The translations under genes and the position numbers were made by a program. Under the pieces are notes generated by a model. That model did not search any database and was not told the DNA's origin. It saw only the letters and a list, made by a program, of their open reading frames with translations. From Octopus vulgaris (lineage: Eukaryota), in NCBI GenBank assembly GCA_951406725.2, contig OX597814.1:14694001-14758000 (forward strand): a stretch of 64,000 nucleotides of DNA, read 5' to 3'. Below are positions 62,733 through 64,000 of this stretch, in pieces (positions within the stretch are counted from its first letter, which is position 1; every line of letters begins with the position of its first letter).

Positions 62733-63062
62733 TGTGTATATGTATATATGAGTATATAGGGACTTGTGTGTTGTGTGTGCATGTGTGTATGTGGATATGT
62801 GTGTGTATGTGTGTATGTGTATGTGTGTGTATGTGTATATATTTTTTGTGTGTATGTGTATGTGTGGTCGTGTGTGTGTATATATACATGTGTGTGTGTA
62901 TATGTATATGCATGTATATGTGTATGTATATATATATATATATATATGTATATGTAGATATATGTATGTATATGTGTGTGTGTATATATATATATATATA
63001 TGGGTGTGTGTGTATGTATACGTGTGTGTGTGTGTGTATATATATATACATATGTGTATAGG
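60155..63062. repeat. ~3-kb degenerate (TA)/(TG)/(TATG) alternating purine-pyrimidine tract
   Basis: Directly visible. It is the source of many spurious ORFs. Confidence 0.95.
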
Positions 63063-63289
63063 TATAAGTGAGAATTTCCTTATTTACCTAAAACTCTTTT
63101 CTTCTATATATATATTTTTTTTATTCTTTTTTATTCTTTTATTTATTCTTCTTTCTAATTTACCACTGACTCCTTGACCACTCCCCCAAGTATGATTTTT
63201 TTGCGCTATGCCTACCCCCAAAAAGTCCCCCACCACCACCCCTTTAAACCTGCCTAAATGTATAAATGCCAATACAATTCTTGTTAACT

Positions 63290-63340
63290 AGCTTCCTGAA
63301 GATTTCTCTTGAATGAAACAGTTCTAGTCCTGTAGAAGCT
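63290..63340 (+). ncRNA. Compact type I hammerhead motif with a full stem III
   Basis: AGCUUC-CUGAAGA-UUUC-UCUU-GAAU-GAAACAG-UUCUAGUC-CUGUA^GAAGCU. Confidence 0.8.
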
Positions 63341-63532
63341 CCTTCTATATAATAAATTAATTTTACTCTGCTATGTATTGAGTACCTTATTTACTGTGGT
63401 TAACCCCGAATCAACCCGGGACCTACATATATATATATATATATATATACATATAAATATATATATATATATATCGCCATGATAGATCGTTAGCCACTAC
63501 ACATATTTTCTCTCCTTGTTTTTTCTGTGTCC

Positions 63533-63568
63533 CTTTCTGTAGAAGAGCGTAGGCTTGAAACGTAAAAG
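63533..63568 (+). ncRNA. Mini-hammerhead variant
   Basis: CUUU-CUGUAGA-A-GAGC-GUAG-GCUU-GAAAC-GUA-AAAG. Confidence 0.55.
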
Positions 63569-63617
63569 ACCTTTTCTATTCCATCTGTCATCGCCTTTTG
63601 TTTTTTTCGTAAACTCT

Positions 63618-63666
<49 letters not shown>

Positions 63667-64000
63667 CATATTAGAAGAAACGAAGTACTCAGAAATCTAG
63701 ATGGTTTTATATTTACAGATATTTATTAGTATGTTACATGCTTTTATAAATCATATATCATATATTAACACTTTCGTCCACTCTAGTGGAGTTGTCAAAT
63801 TAAACTTTTGCAGGAATTTTGTCTGTTTTTATGGTATTATTGAGTGTGTAGGGGTGGGGAGAGATGTAAGATAGTACAAGAGGGTGAGGAATGGGGAGAA
63901 AGTGAGAAAGAAAGCGTGTGTGTGTGTGTGTTTGTATCTGAAAGAAGTGTTAAAGAAAAAGAGACGTAAAGGACGAAGAAGGAAAGAAAGAAGAAAAAAT

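Overview
This is eukaryotic, AT-rich, microsatellite-dense genomic DNA. The SINE families and repeat landscape suggest a coleoid cephalopod, probably Octopus (inference from recognising the repeat families, not from a search). One intact host gene can be assembled by hand on the + strand: 7 coding exons from 19618 to 40889, all GT-AG and phase-consistent, giving 247 aa. It encodes a type I membrane protein resembling the cation-dependent mannose-6-phosphate receptor/ATG27 (MRH-domain) family. The rest is nested, decayed mobile DNA: three tRNA-derived SINE families, Tc1/mariner, hAT and foldback MITEs, Helitrons, L1/Tx1, R4/Dong, HERO, CRE, RTE and CR1-like LINE fragments, and Penelope-like elements (PLEs). 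The most notable hidden structure is about a dozen type I hammerhead ribozyme motifs in PLE terminal-repeat fragments beside (TA)n tracts. They include a sense-strand hammerhead within a ~730-bp inverted repeat in intron 1 of the gene, four mini-hammerheads with non-canonical cores, and one hammerhead preceded by a 28S rRNA fragment fused to a perfect 36-bp palindrome. Most ORFs in the supplied track are microsatellite or SINE artefacts.
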